Assembly (NCBI GenBank): GCA_053919585.1
Contig: CM132804.1
DNA length: 64,000 nucleotides
Direction: 5' to 3' (one strand)
Origin: Euprymna scolopes
Taxonomy: Eukaryota
Of the stretch, positions 51,361 to 63,815 are shown piece after piece. Each line of letters starts with the position of its first letter. Within the stretch, counting starts at the first letter, position 1. A program made the position numbers and the translations under genes. Below the pieces are notes generated by a model. That model was given only the letters and a program-made list of their open reading frames with translations, made no database searches and had not been told where the DNA came from.

Positions 51361-52169
51361 CTGAGAAAAAGACTTTAAGGAGAAATTAACACAAACTTAT
51401 AGGGAAAAAGTACAGTAGTACCCCACGATACGACATTAATCTGTTCTGGGGTTGGAATCGTGAGGTGAAATCGCTGTATGGCTGGGCCTAAGCAAAATTT
51501 TAAACAGTACATATTAAGAATTAGTAACAAAATACAGTACAGTATATAATACACATGTATATAATCAAATAACATTATCAATAACACGGTGAGGCCGGTA
51601 AAATAATGTAGCCAGGGTTCGGAAAAACATTGTATTCCACCTCGTAAACTGAAAAAACAACATATTCCTGGGTTCTAATGGGTGTATAGATTGTAAAATG
51701 TAGAATCAAAATTGGGAATCAAGAAACTCTAAACTATTTAAGGTATCGGTATCGGAGAAAATTGTTATTACTTTCCAATACCAAAAAACGATTCATTTGG
51801 TTTGTTTTTGTTTAAAACTTAATTTTTCATTGTTGCTACTAAAGATAAAATGGTAAATGTGTATTGGTTTTAAGCTACAAACAAAATTAAAATGTATAGA
51901 TCAACCACAAAAGTATATTTTTATGTACATAGAAATATATATCATAGATTTTCACAGTAAACTAAAGAAAAACAACTCTGTAAATAAATATTTAGTGATT
52001 TTAAAAAAATCGGAATTGGTAACTGTATCAGAATCAGGAAAAATTTTGGAATCGTCCCATCACTAATATATTTATCACTCTTTTGGTTTTCTTTTACAAA
52101 CTATGTGAGAATGTATATATATATATATATATCCAACTTTTTTTCTTTAAGAAAGCAGGACAAAAATAT

Positions 52170-52455
52170 GTCAGAGAAATATAAACAGAAACTGAAGTGC
52201 ACTGTATGTGGCAGATAACCTTTGCTGGTTTTGTAAATCATCTGCAATCACACAATCAAAGATAGGAACGACAGTCTTATGAGGAGCACACCTGGCAACA
52301 CTAAGTTGTCATATTTGTGGTCTGACACGACATTTGAGGATTCACAATATTATCATGCAATCACCTTTACAAGAAGGAAAGTTTTTATGTCACATATGTG
52401 TATTTTCATGTAGGACTAAAGCTGGGTTAAAAAGTCACCTACGTCACATTCTAGG
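52170..52455 (+). mobile_element. Degenerate C2H2-zinc-finger-bearing LINE (RTE-like) 3' remnant
   Basis: CTVCGR...NHLQSH and CHICVFSCRTKAGLKSHLRH in broken frames. Confidence 0.5.
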
Positions 52456-52534
52456 TTAAAGATATTCAACAATAAAAACCATTAAATTTAACAAGGCTGT
52501 TGATATTGCTTAATAAAAAGAGCAAGATATCATT

Positions 52535-52902
52535 TTATTCAATTCAGGTAAACAAAATTACCATAAGTCACAACAATAAATCTACTGTTTCAATCTAAAA
52601 AGATTCCATCAGGCGACCATAGCCCCTGGTCTTCATTGAGGCAAGTTTTATAATGAAAAGAAAAATATAAAAGAAACATTTGAAAGGCTTTTTTTTTAAA
52701 TTAATAATTTCTAATGTGGGCATTTAGGAACATATGTTGGGGTTACTAGGAGAGAGGGAATGGGGTTTAATCAGCAACCACGACACAATTAAGAAGAAAG
52801 ATGAACACTGGAGGCTATGATTGGCTGATGAAATCTCTTTAGATTGAAACAGTAGATTTATCGTTGTGACCAATGGTAATTTTGTTTACCTAAATTGAAT
52901 AA
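52535..52902. mobile_element. MITE with about 105-bp TIRs
   Basis: ttattcaattcaggtaaacaaaattacc...ggtaattttgtttacctaaattgaataa. Confidence 0.82.
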
Positions 52903-52913
52903 TATATATATAT

Positions 52914-53002
52914 CTACACTGAATATTCTGCGTTTCATCCACTCTAGGACTCCTCAGGCTGAAGAGTCCTAGAGTGGATGAAACGCGGAATATTCAGTGT
53001 AG
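52914..53002. repeat. 44-bp-arm palindrome made of two inverted hammerhead-like cores
   Basis: Arms 52914-52957 and 52959-53002, 2 mismatches, 1-nt spacer. Confidence 0.9.
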
Positions 53003-53134
53003 CTTAATCGCCATATATATTTTATAAATTACTAACTAGCTCTACCTACGTATTGAGCACTTTTAAAGTAAATACTTAAAGTTTACGCATAAATCTATAC
53101 TTTCGTATATTAATTTTATGTGAGTAAATTAAGT

Positions 53135-53170
<36 letters not shown>

Positions 53171-54142
53171 ATTTGTCGTCTGAGAGACCAATCTTTTTAA
53201 CGATACCAATTTTGTCAGCGTTCGTCGCATCCGTCGAAAGTTTTCGGGAAGATACACACACACACATTTTACCCTTTATATATAGATTTTCACACAGGTT
53301 CCATCATTATATTTTCTACATTCATTTTTAGTATTTGAGTCTCAATCATTCGAGCTATAAATTTTTTTTTTATTTGTTAAATGAGTCGGTCATCTACATA
53401 GAACTCACAAAGATTGCGCCTCAGAATTGTCTGAATTTTATTAAGTCCTCCTCGTTAGTCTCCGTAAATTTGCAGGTGTTTAACCCCGACACCAAAAACA
53501 GCAAGGCTTAGAGGTCACGTGCAAAATCGAGGAAGTTTTTTTGTTTTTTTACCCTAAACAAGGTGTATTGCCACTTGGACATAGGAGGTTACTATATAGG
53601 ATCATGTCTAACAGGAAACTGTGGGGAGTTGAGTAGCAAGATTGTTCATATTACATTTCAACTTCTGCATGTCAGTACAGTTATAGAAGCAGGAAACAGG
53701 GAGGGAATTCCAAAGTTTAGCAGTACTAAGGAAAAAAAAACTACTAGAGGGACCTCTACAGTAAACATGGAGGATTTTGCTGTTTGTCGGGTTAGTCGGA
53801 AGTATTTACATTGAGGGGGACACAAGTACTAAGAGTTCATCAGAACATTAAAGTGCTATTTTGAACCCTATCTAAGCATGGTAGATGCACCAGTCCAGAT
53901 GTGGCAACAATACCCGATGCATGGGCGAAGGGTTGCTCTGTAAAGATACAGGTGGTAGTAGTTTTCTGGCATGGTAAAGAGAACCCACCTTTCCGCAGCA
54001 GCCTTGGCAATATCCTCAATGTATTTATTCCAATTCATGTTGCATGTGAATGTTAAGCCAAGGAGTTTGAACAATGAGCTTTCATGTAGGGTGTTATTTG
54101 TCACTACAATCGGTGGTTGAGAATGATTTTTGTAATTGTTAA

Positions 54143-54782
54143 AGAAACAAGTGAAGCATGCATAGTCCCCCGTGAGTGCATATTGAACGAGGCATAAAAA
54201 AGTGAATAAGTTCAGCATTCCTCCCCCCCCCCCCACATTTAGCCCCAAAAGTCTCCAGGGGACGTCAAATCCTGGTGAAAATGAACAATCGGTGCAGTTT
54301 TAGGCCTTAACATATGTAAATTTGAGTTCAGCACCATGCAAAACTGCTAAATAGACATACACAGAAAATTTTGGACAAATATGGTAAAATAGTCCCAAAA
54401 ATGGAGTTCTTTTAGTAGCCCTAAAAGTGCCCCTGGGGCACACCCAAGAGTTATCATGAAGTACAAACAAAATTATATAGAAATCAGTTAGTTACAACTT
54501 TTCAGAAAGTTTTATAAAAATCCAAGGCATCAATTATTTTTAAAAAGTACAAAAGTGTCAATTTTAGCCATTTTAACCCGAAAGACACCCCTAGGGGGGC
54601 AACCGGAGTTTTCCTGGAAAATCCGTTCTGTTACTTTTTTACTCATATCATGTTTAATGTTTGTGCAAAATTTTAAAAAATTCCAAGACGTAGTTATTGA
54701 GAAAAGTGCAGACGGAGGAACAGACGAACGGACAAGGGTGAATTTACAGGTCCACCCCCACTTTTGCCGGGGGACAAAAAAA
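54143..54782 (-). mobile_element. Helentron-associated (DINE-1/HINE-like) element; partial relative at 29555-29730 (+)
   Basis: On minus: TTTTTGTCCCC start, GTCC/GTCT-type microsatellite, sub-terminal GGGGAC repeat and CTTGTTT end. Confidence 0.65.
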
Positions 54783-55884
54783 GGCTTAGTCTTAGTTTTA
54801 GCACAAAAAGGAATGAAGCAATGTTGTCGCACTTATTGATTTGTAGTTCTGTGTCTAAAAATGTCTTTACTTTACAGAGGCCGAGATGACCAGAATGTGA
54901 CAGATCCTGATGCTGACTTCTAAATGTTCACTGGATCCCTGTTAGAACAGAAGCCAAAGAGAACATTTAAACTTTTTTCTTTTTTTGCATGAAGTTATGG
55001 TGCTTGTGTCGTTTTGGTATCGCACTATTTTTGAATAGTTTTTTCAGGTTAAATTCAAATTTCATGTCTTTTTTTTTTTTTTTTTTTTATAAATTGTTAG
55101 GTGGAAGCACAGAATAGTTAGAAAACACCCTCCGCTCCCCATGTTAAGAATGGCTTTCAAAATAAAAACATTATTTCAGCGTAGTACCAAAAATATCAGG
55201 TTGTTGCCTAAGTTCCCGCTGTTTCATAAAAATTTATTGTTCTAAACCGTTTTGCTATTTGGTAAAGTATTATATATCATTATGTTCTTATTTGTCATAC
55301 GCAGAGGCAGAGGCGACCAGAGTGCAACAGATCCTGATGTCGATTCCTCGATGTTCACTGGATCCCTGTCAGCCAGTTACCTCTGACACTACCATGTCTA
55401 AACCTCACCTCTATCACACATTAGGTTTGGTTTTGGTTGTTTTCCTTTACGGCATATCACCCCTTTTTGGTTATTTAATGCCGAATATAGTAAGTAAAAA
55501 AAAGTTTTTAATGTTTAAAGTTCTTTATATCTTTAAATATTTATTAATGGAGTTGTTTTTTTTTTTTGCAGCATATCAACTGTTTTCGGATTATTTAATG
55601 CCAAATCCAGTAAATTTGGAAAAAGGATTTTTTATGCTTTGAGTTTCTTTATGCTTTCAAATATTTATGGTGTCTGGATTGACTATCTATATGTTTTGTA
55701 GAGGAAAATTGTTTTTATTTTTGACTTTGTGATCAAGTTGTGCAAAGAAACAACAGCAAAAAACAAAAACAAAATAATAATATTAATGTTTGGTGCATTT
55801 TAGGTCAAAAAGTCTGAACTTTAAGGAACAAGGATCCTTTTGCTGCCAAGAATTTCTGATTTATTTCATCGGTCAGTAAAGAAT

Positions 55885-56127
55885 CCATCCATCCATAGCC
55901 TTGAGCCCCTAAGGAGCATAGGCCATCTACAACTTTGTAGATGTTTTTGTAGTGACTGAGTTCTTTTTACGGGATGAGAGTGCTGGCCCCACGCCTAACC
56001 TTTCCAGAAGGTACATACAGCACTTAGCCTTCCCAAATGGTCACCTATCTGGTACTGGCAAGACTCAACGTTGCTTAACTTCGGTGATCTGGCGAGAACC
56101 GGTGTGTCAACGTGATTGTGCCGTACC
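55885..56127 (-). mobile_element. Complete 5S rRNA-derived SINE (SINE3) with RTE-derived body/tail and 11-bp TSD
   Basis: Head tacggcacaatcacgttgacacaccggttctcgccagatcaccgaagttaagcaacg is 5S-like; (TGGA)n tail. CAGTAAAGAAT at 55874-55884 and 56128-56138. Confidence 0.9.
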
Positions 56128-56159
56128 CAGTAAAGAATGGACAATTAATAAAAGGATAC

Positions 56160-56305
56160 TTGGTCTCTGGTCCTTGTCCAGCGGCTCCTTCTCTCTGGCG
56201 TGTTGTGGTGGCTGCAAGAGGTGGGCACTGGTGAGTTGAAGCAGTTGACCCAGTTCGTCAAAATGGTCAACTTCTTTGGACAACAATCCAAGCCGTTCTC
56301 CATAT
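56160..56305 (-). CDS. TBC1D32: TBC1D32 exon: YGERLGLLSKEVDHFDELGQLLQLTSAHLLQPPQHAREKEPLDKDQRP
   Basis: Poly-T plus GTAG acceptor, GTATCC donor. Phase 2/1 fits both neighbours. RYG..L.LL motif as in BROMI. Confidence 0.88.
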
Positions 56306-57010
56306 CTACAAAAAAAAAAAAATTCAATTCTTCCAAGACTAAGCTTGTTTCTTCAAATAATTACAAAAAACATTCTCAACCACTGATAGCCATGGCTAAT
56401 AATACACTAACTGAAAGTTCTTTGTTCAAACTCCTTGGCTTGATATTCACAGACAACATGAATTGAAAGAAATACTTTGAGGACATAGTCAAGGCTGCTG
56501 CAGAGAAGGTGGGCTCCCTCTACCGTGCTAGAAAATTACTCACACCTGAGAGTATCATCTATCTCTACAAGGCCACCATTCGCTCGTGCATGGAATATTG
56601 CGCCTACATTTTCCACTAGTCTCTTGCTTTTTGACAGGGTCCAAAAAGAGTCTCCAACCTCTGTCCCATCACCGAAATATTGCATCCTTGTGCCTGTTTT
56701 ACAAGTATTCTAATGGAATGTGCTCCAACAAACTCAAGCCACATGTACAAGCAGCAAAATTCCACCCTTTCAAATGTTGAGATCCCTAGATGCCGGAAAG
56801 CCTTCTACTCCAATAGTTTCTTCCACCGGACTGCTAGACTTTGGAATTCCCTTCCTGGTACCTGCTTCCCTGACTGTACTGACATGAAGAAGCTCAAGTG
56901 TAATGCAAACAGATATCTTGCTGCTCAACTCTCTACATAGTTTTCCTGGAGATTTGGTCCCAAATAGTAGCTCCTTACATCCAAGTGCCCTGTTTGGGGT
57001 AAAATAACAG

Positions 57011-57046
<36 letters not shown>

Positions 57047-57581
57047 GACAAAAAGTCTATATTCCAAGATATTGTTCATCTTACCATTTATATTATTCTT
57101 TCATCATGTTAAAATGTTCCATTTTTTACAGTACCTGTTTTGTAGCGCAGAATCAATTGTATTAATTTATGAATATATTCCGCTTTTATCTAACTGAGAA
57201 TAATCTGAGCTCCAATATCTGGTTCCCCCTTGCCAATCTTTTGTGAAAAACACCCGTCTAGCTGAAACCACTGTCAATAATTTTCCCCATTCTTTATCTG
57301 TGCCTAAATCAAAATGTAGATTCCACGAACAAAGCTTCTTTCTTAGAACTGCACGCCTGTGGAACTCTCTTCTGTTTGCCTATTTCCCACCTGACTACAA
57401 CTTGGATGTCTTCAAGTCCAACATAAACAAATTCCTGATGAACCGCCCCCTTAATAAAGACACTTTATCAAATCTCCAATACTAACGATTACTACGATAC
57501 TATCCCATTGATTACTGTACACGCAATAACCCTTATCCCCGAGTGGCTTCCGGGCGTTGATAAGTGGTGACTCCCATGTAA

Positions 57582-57617
<36 letters not shown>

Positions 57618-57999
57618 TTTTGCTGAGTGATGGGTTAGTCAGATGGATTTACATCGAGGGGGGCATCAGTGCAGCAATTTCATTGGAACATATTCCATTA
57701 AAACATAGGGATACAGCACTGTGGTGATGGGATAGTGGATGGAGCTTGGTAGACTGTGGAGTTTCTTCTTTTTTTAAAGAAAGTAAAGACTAGTGGCTGA
57801 TGCTCCAACCCAAGTGTGACAACAATACTCCATGCATGAATGAATGACGGTTTTGTAGAAATATAGGATTTCTAGCTTGGTAGAGGGAACCTACCTTCCT
57901 TGCAGCAATCACAGCCTTGGCAAATTCAAGTCTAACTGTTTAATTATTTGTTTCATTCACCCTTTCCCAATTTTTTTCATAGAAATCGCTTGAGACAAA

Positions 58000-58930
58000 G
58001 CATAAAGCAACTTAACGTAAGGAGCTAACAAGAACAAAAGATGATTATCACAAAGGCAAGAGATGAAAAGACCAAGGCTGGAGTTAGGAGGAAAACAGGG
58101 AACTTGCAGACATTGGAAAGAAGCTACTGGAATAGGAAGCTGTATTAAAATAAGATATCGAAACAGTAAACTGTATGAAGACCACTAGACCAACGAGTCA
58201 AACGACCTGGAACAAAGGAAGCAGAGAATAAATCAGACAATTCTGAAGAGCACACATCATAATAATATTTCTAAAAAAAACTGAGACCAGCAACATCACG
58301 TCTGTGAGAGAAAGGTTAAAGTGAAGAAAAAAAGAGTCGGGCCAATCAAATTACAGATAGGTTTGTGCACCTTATCTGCAATGGGACAGAGATTTACCAA
58401 CCCAAATATGACGACAATACTCCATAAATGGTCTGATAGTAGATTTGTAGAGATAGCGAATAATCTCAAGTGTGAGAAATTGTTTAGAGCGATAGAGAGA
58501 ACCGATTTTATGAGAAGCAGAAAGAGCAACGGATTTAATAGTAAATGGACTCCAAAAAAGGTTTGATGAGAAAGAAGGACCAAAAAGTTTTAGAGTCGAT
58601 TTTTCATCAAGAGCAGAACCATCCACCAGAATTTCGGAGAGAAAAAGAAACACATCTATGATTGAAAGATAGGAGCTCAGTCGTAGTTAAATTAAACAAG
58701 CCACTTTGTATCCCAATTCATAACTGAACCCAAATCAACTGTATATTTCAATGGAGGCAGATGGACAAGAAGCAATACCAGAATAGAAGGTGATATCATC
58801 AGCATAAACGTTTATTTTTCAAATAGTATTCAGTGTTGGACCTAGAATAGATCCCCGAGGAACGCCGCTATTGATAGGAAAATAAAATAAAAAGACACCA
58901 TCCAGAGCTACTCGCAAACTTGGATGAGAA
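58000..58930 (-). mobile_element. Older CR1/jockey-like LINE fragment with RT core
   Basis: PINSGVPRGSILGP and YADDIT motifs (58790-58878); LYKSTIRPFMEYC.HIW. Confidence 0.85.
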
Positions 58931-59045
58931 AGAAAAGAAACTTCTTAAATTATTCAGGCGAACAGTAAGAGTGTCGTAGCAGAGTCAAAACTGTTTGCAA
59001 ATCGTCCGAGCGCACAGATTAAAGCTATAGGGCTAAGATTTTTAT

Positions 59046-59477
59046 ACTATTTCAAGTTCAAAATGATAATAATCAATTTCAAAATAGACTTATTTTCCAA
59101 AAAAAAAAATTAATCAACTTCAAATTGGAAAACAACTTCAAAATGAGAATTAATATAATACCAATAAATTTAATTCATTTAAATAATAGTTGGAATTCAG
59201 CTGCTTTGAAAACTTTCCAACCGGACTATATGCATCATCACACTGGATTTAATTTTGGACTTCATTCTCTCTAAAGAACTATTTTTGCCTTTCAGATTAT
59301 ATTAATAGAATCTTCATGCAAGCTGAAATATTATGCGTGATTTATTTTTATATTTTGTTTACATATCCAACATTTTTTCACTTGAAGTTGATTAATTCAT
59401 TTTGAAGTTGATTCATTTTTTACTTGAAAAAAAGTCCAATTTGAAGTTTATTATTATTTTGAATTTGAAATGGTATA
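59046..59477. mobile_element. MITE with imperfect TIRs
   Basis: tactatttcaagttcaaaat...attttgaatttgaaatggta. Confidence 0.65.
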
Positions 59478-60442
59478 GTTTTCATAATAGGAATTGTCTA
59501 CAATTTAACCAAATTAGAAAAATAACAAGCATGACGAGACATGTCTGTGTTTATTTAGAATTCAACCTAATTAAAAAAACAAAAATACCGAAAAATCTTT
59601 ATGACACAAAATGAAAAATTCAATATTGCAAAAGTCACCTAAATTGATTGAATAATTTTTTTTTATATTGAAAATCAGGTTTTTATTTTCCTTTTCATCT
59701 AGGTAAAATTATTTGATATCGCAGAAGCTGACTGACATGTTAGATGTTGACCAGGCAACGTCGAAAGACGTGCTGGTCGAGGTTTATTATGATTATTCAA
59801 GCCAAAATGTTTTGTCAGCTAAAATATGTTTTATGATAATCAAAATATTTCGAATAAATATTTATTTACATTAATTTAGGAATGTTAACTTAAAAATGTC
59901 ATCATAATTTAATTTAGTTGACAACTTAGAAATAATGACATGTAAAAGCATCAGGTGATTATCTTAGTGACGTATACTGATGACGTCATTTAGAAGGGGG
60001 ATATGGTATTTTCGAAATATGTAGAAACTGGTTAGAGTTAGTCGGGAGAGGGACAGAGACGTTTGACAGATCGGAATGGCTTCAAATAGAGGGGAGTCAG
60101 AAATAGCAACAGTCAAAATCAGGGAGAATTTCCATTGTTGCTTTTCCATCAAGACAAGACCAAAAGATGGACTAGATATGCTCCTGATTGGCCAGATGTT
60201 GAAACTCCAAATAAGTTTTATTCGTCCCTTTGTGTTGTCCCGTCATGAACTGTATTTAAATGTACAATCACATATAACGAATTTTCTAGATGGTCATAGA
60301 TACACACATATGATGATCGCAACGTCTTGTCAGACGAGTGCCACTCCCTCAGACACTGAAAGTTCATGAGCCCGAAAAAGACATATAGTCCTGCCAGCGA
60401 ATTCACATGCTCAAGCAGACATGACACTAAAGACGATCATTT

Positions 60443-60838
60443 TTATACATACATATATATACACACACACATACATACATATGTACACATATCACACACA
60501 TATATACATGCGTACATACACAATACGCACACATACATATACATACACACACACATGCAAACATAAACAAGACGGTCATTGGTATACATGCATATAAATA
60601 TATACATGTATACATACATGTCTATAAGCATACGCTCATATATACCCATATGCATACACAATGCATAATAAACAAACATACATATACATACCCACATGCA
60701 TACATACTCATATATATACATATACATCCACATATACAAATATATACACACATATACTTACACATACACTTACCTACATATACATACACATCTATATATA
60801 TGCATTCATATATACACTTGCATACAATCACATACACA
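60443..60838. repeat. Compound (TA/CA/TACA) microsatellite
   Basis: Alternating purine-pyrimidine tract. Confidence 0.95.
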
Positions 60839-60842
60839 AGAC

Positions 60843-61100
60843 AAGTCCTGGATACGACCTTAAACTATATCACATCGTGAGGCTCCACCTTGCAGGCTTT
60901 GGGGAGTGTGGAGCTACCTTTTAATTGCCATTGCTCCCAGGTTCACTCTGACCCGGAGTGGTACTACCTATGGGTTAAATAGAAACCGACTTGAAAAAAA
61001 ACAACTATATTCTATAAAAAATTTTTCTTCAAAATCACTGGATTCGGCATTAAATAACCTGAAAAGGGTTGATATGCCGTTAAAAAAAAAAACAACCAAC
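60843..61100 (+). mobile_element. SINE-like repeat resembling abundant octopus repeats; tail motif also inverted at 55440-55490 and 55565-55610
   Basis: attgccattgctcccaggttcactctgacccggagtggta and ggcattaaataacc...ggttgatatgcc. Family recognition is from recall only. Confidence 0.55.
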
Positions 61101-62035
61101 AAACATACACAAGACAATAACGAATAGCATAACACTTCAAAGGCCAGCAATGATCAAAATCTTTCTGATTCTCTCTCTTCTGATCTTGAGCACATGGTAC
61201 AATGGGGAAAAAGGTGGCTGATTAATTTTAATGCATCTATAACCAAGCTTCTCTTTTTTCATCATAATCACTCTGACACCCATCAGCCCCCAACTGAAAT
61301 GAATAGCTCTCATCTCGGGGAAGCACCATATCTTGACAAGCTTCTGGGACTGACCTTTACTCCTGGTCTGAAATGGAACACACACTCTGTTCCAAGATCG
61401 CTGGAAAAAAATGATTAGGTCATTTAGCTGCTGCCGATGTAATCCTCTATCTATATAAGAGCCAAGTACATCCTAAAATGGAGTACTGTTGCCACATATG
61501 GGCAAGAGATGCTTGACGTTACCTATCTTGCCTTGACCGAGTTCAAAACCAGTTTCGAAACTTAGTAGGTGACACATTTTTTTTCCTTCCTGCAGCCTCT
61601 TTCCCACAGGAGATGTTGCGATCCTATTTCTGCTTTATCATTATTGTCATGGAAAGAGCTTGTCTGAACTCCAATCTATGGTCTCCGCTTGACAAACTTT
61701 CACAAAAAAAAACCCCACTTGACTAGCTACAACAATTATGAACAGTTTCCTCCATTTTCTATCTATGCCTAAATCTAGATGCAGATTCCACGAACAGCTT
61801 CTTTCCTAGAACCGCCGCCTGTAGAACATGGGTCTATTGGTCTGTTTCCTTGCCAACTACAGTATGGTAGCCTTCAAGTCTAATGTAAACAACTTCTTGT
61901 TGAACCGTCCCCTTAAATAATTAAATTCTACCCAACCTACAGTGTTAACAATTACTACACTACCACCTTACATTCATTAATCCTTATGCTTGAGTGGCCT
62001 TTGGGCCTTGATAAGTAGTGACTCTCTTGTAAAAT

Positions 62036-62086
<51 letters not shown>

Positions 62087-62241
62087 AAATAAAAATCTTG
62101 CTATTGAAAATTTATTAAAATTCTCATTAAAAAAAAAAATTATAAACCTGTAGGAAGGTATGCAAAATTTTTATTATTCGACAAGGAATACACATAAACA
62201 AGAATAACCTTATTCCGTGGAGTTTCGAATGTTGTTAATAT

Positions 62242-62304
<63 letters not shown>

Positions 62305-62794
62305 GAAGTACAAATAAACAAGAAAAACCTTATTCCATGGAGTTTTGAAGAATGCAGTTGTTCTCATCAGAGGTAAGAAATTTGCAAAATATACAATAAA
62401 TTTTGGTTAATGTATTAAAGGGAACTAACATTATGAAATTAATTGTACTTGCATCCAAAAAGTTATTTAACAGTTAGTGACAGTTTATAGGAATTCAATG
62501 AGATTAATAAAGCAAGAAACAGGAAAAAGAAAAAGGATATGATAAAAATCCAATGAGAAGAATAGTAAAATTAAGAACAAGAAAAATCCGAAATGGGTTC
62601 ATTGAAAATCCATTGGTAATCCATAAGAAAGCAGATTTATAAACGTCCAGGGAAAACTGCAGCTTCCAGAAAAAGAACCTATTAGATCATAGACAAGTGA
62701 AGATTCATTTTTTCATATTCTGTGAAAAAAATAGTCATAAAAGACTTCCTTTCTCATGCACACAATAAGAAATGTGACAATCTCCTGTTCTTAC

Positions 62795-62867
62795 CTGAGG
62801 ACCATCTTTGAGCCCATCACTTGTAACGGAGATAAGGGGGTACTTTGATCAAAAACTGCTTCAGGAT
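62795..62867 (-). CDS. TBC1D32: TBC1D32 exon (most 5' in window): PEAVFDQSTPLSPLQVMGSKMVLR
   Basis: tttttttag acceptor, GTAAGA donor. Resembles LSSLQQLGIKMTVR. Ends in phase 2, giving R-YG with the next exon. Confidence 0.88.
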
Positions 62868-63371
62868 CTAAAAAAAGAAAAAAAATAGTACGTAAAAATA
62901 TTTGGATACATATAAGACTCTAACAAATGGAATCACTCACAAAATCCTTTTTTCAATACAAACATACAAATTTTATTTTTCTTATTTATGGAAATCGCTC
63001 CAGACAAGACACAAAGCTATCTATTATATAAATCTCGCCTATCTGTTAGTGTGTGTGTATGTATGTATGTTTGTATGTCTGCCTAAAACTTTCCACAGAG
63101 GCGACAGGTTTTCATGATATTGATATTGTTTTGAAGCTCGACCCTTCGGACGACAAATATCGAAAAAATTGGCTAAAAAAAATTCACCTGGGCACTTTTC
63201 TGGGGTAGCAAAAAATCGTTCCTTCATGACAATTTAGCCAAATACACACGCGCAAAAACGTTCTTTCTTGAATTAGTTTAAATATAAAAAGAAATGACTT
63301 AACTTCCCTCCTGGAATATTGTAATTGGCTGATTAAATTATAAATACTTAACTTGGAGAAGGAACCATCCA

Positions 63372-63815
63372 CTATGACTACGAAATTCCTACAGCTACAT
63401 ACTTAGAAAATGGGGCTATTAAGCCTGACATAGTGATATGGGACAAGAGGGAGAAAGTAGCAACCCTAGTTGAAGTCAGTGTCCCTAATGATGCTGGCCT
63501 TAATAGAGCAGAGATGGGGAAAATAACAAAATATCAAGGACTTATGCACGACATGAAAAGAAACTGGAATCTTAAGAAGGTAGCAATCATTCCAGTCATT
63601 ATAGGAGCAACCGGGCTAATGAAAAAGAATTTCAAAAATATCTAGCGAATATACCCGGTGAACCAAGTGCAAAAGAAATACAAACAATAGCATTTAGAGG
63701 GACGGTTAGAATCTTAGCAAAGTCTCTCGGTTGGAGTAGCTAAACTAATGGGAGAATGTTTAGCATCCGGTAGAATGCCCCATCCCCAGGAAAAACAAAG
63801 TAATAAGAAAAGTAA
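63372..63815 (+). mobile_element. RLE-type non-LTR retrotransposon (R4/NeSL/Hero-like) 3' fragment
   Basis: KPDIVIWDK...LVEVSVP...KITKY..L...IIPVIIGATG restriction-like endonuclease motif. Frameshift near 63640. Confidence 0.85.

Noticed and set aside
53409-53500. Possible extra TBC1D32 exon (GTGAGT donor on minus)
   Set aside because: Joining it in the required phase creates TAA, and exons 56160-56305 and 51206-51360 already join in frame.
56005-56127. Functional 5S rRNA gene
   Set aside because: Diverged, lacks an oligo-T terminator, continues into an RTE-like tail and has a TSD, so it is a SINE head.
60366-60924. His/Tyr/Cys-rich ORFs
   Set aside because: Translations of a compound microsatellite.
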